64,000 bases of DNA from NCBI RefSeq assembly GCF_009914755.1, contig NC_060947.1, one strand, 5' to 3'. The notes beneath the pieces are model-generated. The model was given only the letters and a program-made list of their open reading frames with translations. It had not been told where the DNA came from and did no database searches. The DNA is from the human T2T-CHM13v2.0 reference genome, Homo sapiens. Shown piece after piece: positions 60,500 to 64,000 of this stretch. Numbering within the stretch: position 1 is the stretch's first letter; the number at the start of each line of letters is the position of its first letter. Made by a program: the position numbers and the translations under genes.

Positions 60500-62712
60500 G
60501 CTGAAGGTGCCAAGATGGCTGACTAGAAGCAACTAGTGCATGCCACTTTCACGGACAGGAGATAGGGTGGCCAGTAAACACAAGTTCTTCAATGAGATTT
60601 TCCCAGGAGGACATGTTGGGATTCACCAAGTAAGCAATGTGACCCACAGAGAGCAGAGAAGAGTGAGGCAAGACAGTTGCCCACCTGGGATTGTCACAGA
60701 GGCAAGAGAGGCTCCCCGCAGCGGGGAAATGGTGAGTTGAGTCAGTGAGAACCCCAGGAGACCTACACTTTTGCCATGGCTTGTTTCAATCCTGGGCACA
60801 GGAGAGCCCCCAGTCCCCTCCCCCTGGGGCCTCCAAGCTGACATGGAGAGGTGTATGTAGTGTGGGCAGAGTCACCTCTCAGGCCTACGTGTAGCCCTAA
60901 GGGTCATGGATCCCTGAGCACCGCAGCACCAGCTGCCATAGCTCAGCCAACAAGGAAAGCCAGGTTCTCTCACATGTCCCCATGGCGCTGAGGAGCAGAT
61001 GAACCACAAACCTCACTTCCTCACCTCTGTTACTCCTCACCAGGCAAAGCCCACTGGCCTGGAACCCCGGCACAGACACCCCACACCCGCGTGAACACTC
61101 AAGCTAGTAGTAGCTCTGCATTTCTCTGGGACAGAGCTCCCAGAGGTAACCAAAAGGCCTGCAGCTTTTGCCACTGCCTCAGCCCCCGCCCCTACTGCCC
61201 TCAGGCTGGGGAGGGAGAGAAGAGCCCAAGAACTATCACAGGCCTCCAGTATATCGCAGCTGCCTTGTGGAAAAGCAGCCAGACTGTTTTCCACATGGAT
61301 CCCTGCCCCTGCTACTCCTTACTGGGCAGGGCCTCCTGATCTGGGCCACCAGCAAAGACACTTTCCCCTCACCTGAGTACTTCAGTCAGTGGCAGCTCTG
61401 TGTTTCTCTGGGGATGAAATTCCAGAAACAACACAGGCTCTCTGCCATTGCCACTGCAGTGGTATCACCCTTGCTGCCCTCAGGATGGAGAAAGAATAAA
61501 GACCCTGATTACTTTGCTGGCACCCCCAGCATGCCACAACTGCCAAATGGAGAGGAGCCTAGTCTCTCTTCTCTGTGAGACCCCAATCCCCTGCTCTTCA
61601 CCAAGCAGGCCCGCTGACTTGGGCCCACAATGCAACTGCCCCATTACAGGCTGAACATACCCATTGGCAGTGGCTTTGTGTCTCTCTGGTTTGGAGTTCA
61701 CAGAGGCAAATGACAGCCCATCTGCCACTGTCAATGCAGTGGTATCAGCCATTGCTGCCACCTGGTGGGGGAAGAAACAAAAAGCCTCAGAACTTTACTC
61801 ACATCTCCAGCATGCCACAGACACCCTATGGAGAAGAGACCAAACTGTCTTCCCTGTGAGCTCCCTGCCCCCACTGCTAATCACCAGGCAGGGCCCCTGG
61901 CTTGGGCCCATAATGCAGCCACCCTACACCAAGATAATTTTTCTGATTGGCAGTGGCTCCTCATTTCTATAGGGTGGGGGTCTCAAGGGACAAGTAAGAA
62001 GCCCTCTGCCATGGTCACTGCCAAGGTCCTTGCCCTGGCTTTCCCCAAGCTTGAAGGGAACAATAAGCCTGAGTTAGCCCCAGGGCTTCAGTGTGCAGCC
62101 TAGGAGTGCCAGGCTGAGATCTGTGGCCAGCACTTGAGTATGAGAGGAGCTCACATTCTCAGGGCAAAGAGAGAGAACATGAGTGGAAACACAAGAAAAC
62201 GCTGAGGAGCCATGTGGCTAAGAGCCCAACTACAAGCCATTATCCTTCCGCGCCATCTACTGGGTTGCGGCCCAAGCTTCAACACCAAAAATACTTTGCT
62301 AATATACCCTCCTGTGAAGACAAGGAGAAAAATTCAGCCACAAATAAAGATCATGTACAAAGCATCGCCCCTCTGAAAACATCCACAAATGAAGCCAACT
62401 GATTATACTCAAATTACACCAGAATTAAAGGAACATTAGCCCGCACAGATGAGAAATAACCAGTGCAAGAACACTGGCAACCCTAAAAGCTAAAGTGTCT
62501 CCTTATCTCCAAATGACCACATTGACTCCCAGCAATGCTTCTTAACCAGAATGAAATGGCTGAAATCACAGACATAGAATTCAGAATCTACATGGCAATG
62601 AAGACCATCAAGATTCAGGAGAAAGTTGAAGTCCCTTCCAAGGAATCTAATGAATTCGGTAAAATGATTCAAGAGATGAAAGATGAAATAGCCATTTTTA
62701 AGAAAGAGCCAA
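60500..62712 (+). mobile_element. 5'UTR and ORF1 start of an older L1 (L1PA13-16-like), interrupted by a young L1
   Basis: Starts gccaagatggctgactagaagc; repeated GC-rich 5'UTR units; ORF1 relic (LNQNEMAEITDIEFRIYMAMK...MIQEMKDEIAI). Confidence 0.85.
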
Positions 62713-62722
62713 GGGGAGGAGA

Positions 62723-62733
62723 CAAGATGGCCG
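62723..62733 (+). promoter_or_regulatory. YY1 site of the L1 internal promoter
   Basis: CAAGATGGCCG at the canonical L1 5' position. Confidence 0.75.
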
Positions 62734-62854
62734 AATAGGAACAGCTCCAGTCTACAGCTCCCAGCGTGAGCGACGCAGAAGACGGGTGATTTCTGCATTT
62801 CCATCTGAGGTACCAGGTTCATCTCACTAGGGAGTGTCAGACAGTGGGCGCAGG

Positions 62855-63163
62855 TCAGTGGCTGCGCGCACCGTGCGCGAGCCGAAGCAGGGCGAGGCAT
62901 TGCCTCACTCGGGAAGCGCAAGGGGTCAGGGAGTTCCCTTTCCTAGTCAAAGAAAGGGGTGACAGACAGCACCTGGAAAATCGGGTCACTCCCACCTGAA
63001 TACTGCGCTTTTCCGACGGGCTTAAAAAACGGCGCACCAAGAGATTGTAACCCGCACCTGGCTCGGAGGGTCCTACGCCCACGGAGTCTCGCTGATTGCT
63101 AGCACAGCAGTCTGAGATCAAACTGCAAGGCGGCAGCCAGGCTGGGGGAGGGGCGCCTGCCAT
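62855..63163 (-). CDS. ORF0: L1 antisense ORF0-like frame (102 aa)
   Basis: ATG at 63163 (minus strand) gives MAGAPPPAWLPPCSLISDCCASNQRDSVGVGPSEPGAGYNLLVRRF. No expression evidence. Confidence 0.55.
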   Translation of the reverse strand: MAGAPPPAWLPPCSLISDCCASNQRDSVGVGPSEPGAGYNLLVRRFLSPSEKRSIQVGVTRFSRCCLSPLSLTRKGNSLTPCASRVRQCLALLRLAHGARSH

Positions 63164-63616
63164 TGCCCAGGCTTGCTTAGGTAAACAAAGCAGCCAGGAA
63201 GCTCGAACTGGGTGGAGCCCACCACAGCTCAAGGAGGCCTGCCTGCCTGCCTCTGTAGGCTCCACCTCTGGGGGCAGGGCACAGACAAACAAAAAGACAG
63301 CAGTAACCTCTGCAGACTTAAATGTCGCTGTTTGACAGCTTTGAAGAGAGCAGTGGTTCTCCCAGCACACAGCTGCAGATCTGAGGACCGGCAGACTGCC
63401 TCCTCAAGTGGGACACTGAACCCTGACCCCCAAGCAGCCTAACTGGGAGGCACCTCGCAGCAGGGGCAGACTGACACCTCACACGGCCGGGTACTCCAAC
63501 AGACCTGCAGCTGAGGGTCCTGTCTGTTAGAAGGAAAACTAACAAACAGAAAGGACATCCACACCAAAAACACATCTGTACATCACCATCATCAAAGACC
63601 AGACAAAACCACAAAG

Positions 63617-64000
63617 ATGGGGAACAAACAGAGCAGAAAAACTGGAAACTCTAAAAAGCAGAGCACCTCTCCTCCTCCAAAGGAACACAGTTCCTCACCA
63701 GCAACGGAACAAAGCTGGACGGAGAATGACTTTGACGAGCTGTGAGAAGAAAGCTTCAGATGATCAAATTACTCTGAGCTACGGGAGGAAATTCAAAGGC
63801 AAAGAAGTTGAAAACTTTGAAAAAAGTTTAGAAGAATGTATAACTAGAATAACCAATACAGAGAAGTGCTTAAAGGAGCTGATGGAGCTGAAAGCCAAGG
63901 CTCGAGAACTACGTGAAGAATGCAGAAGCCTCAGGAGCCGATGCGATCAACTGGAAGAAAGGGTAACAGTGATGGAAGATGAAGTGAATGAAATGAAGTG
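63617..64000 (+). pseudogene. L1 ORF1 5' part, disrupted
   Basis: TGA at 63743 and 63761; 5-bp deletion near 63797 relative to the first L1. Confidence 0.9.

Larger units (their letters stand above)
62713..64000 (+). mobile_element. Young L1 (L1PA2/late L1PA3-like) 5'UTR and start of ORF1; extends beyond the window
   Basis: ggggaggagacaagatggccgaatagg; CpG-rich 5'UTR lacking the ~129-bp segment; ORF1 ATG at 63617. Confidence 0.95.

Noticed and set aside
62535-62738. Chimeric ORF fusing old ORF1 to the young L1 5' end
   Set aside because: Short accidental read-through of the insertion junction; upstream ORF1 is disrupted

Overview
Primate, most likely hominoid, intergenic or deep-intronic DNA. 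It is AT-rich and dominated by interspersed repeats, and I can support no host protein-coding exon or RNA gene. Main content: (1) a full-length, ORF-disrupted L1PA3-like LINE-1 at 12824-18986, followed by an apparent 218-bp 3' transduction with a second poly(A) and TSD; (2) a full-length ~7.7-kb L1MA-type element on the minus strand that splits a MIR; (3) an old L1PA15/16-like 5' end into which a young L1PA2/PA3 has inserted (it runs off the window); (4) an internally deleted L1MB-type element carrying a nested L1PB with a 36/38-bp VNTR; (5) six single Alus plus a three-arm Alu; (6) MaLR and MER21 LTRs, hAT MITEs, and L2, MIR and L3 relics. The two young L1 5'UTRs differ by the ~129-bp ZNF93-escape deletion. 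Subfamily names come from recalled diagnostic sequence and need RepeatMasker/Dfam confirmation; boundaries of ancient relics are approximate. I found no evidence of a new protein-coding system. The most notable signals are retrotransposition structures and a few candidate regulatory or hairpin elements.
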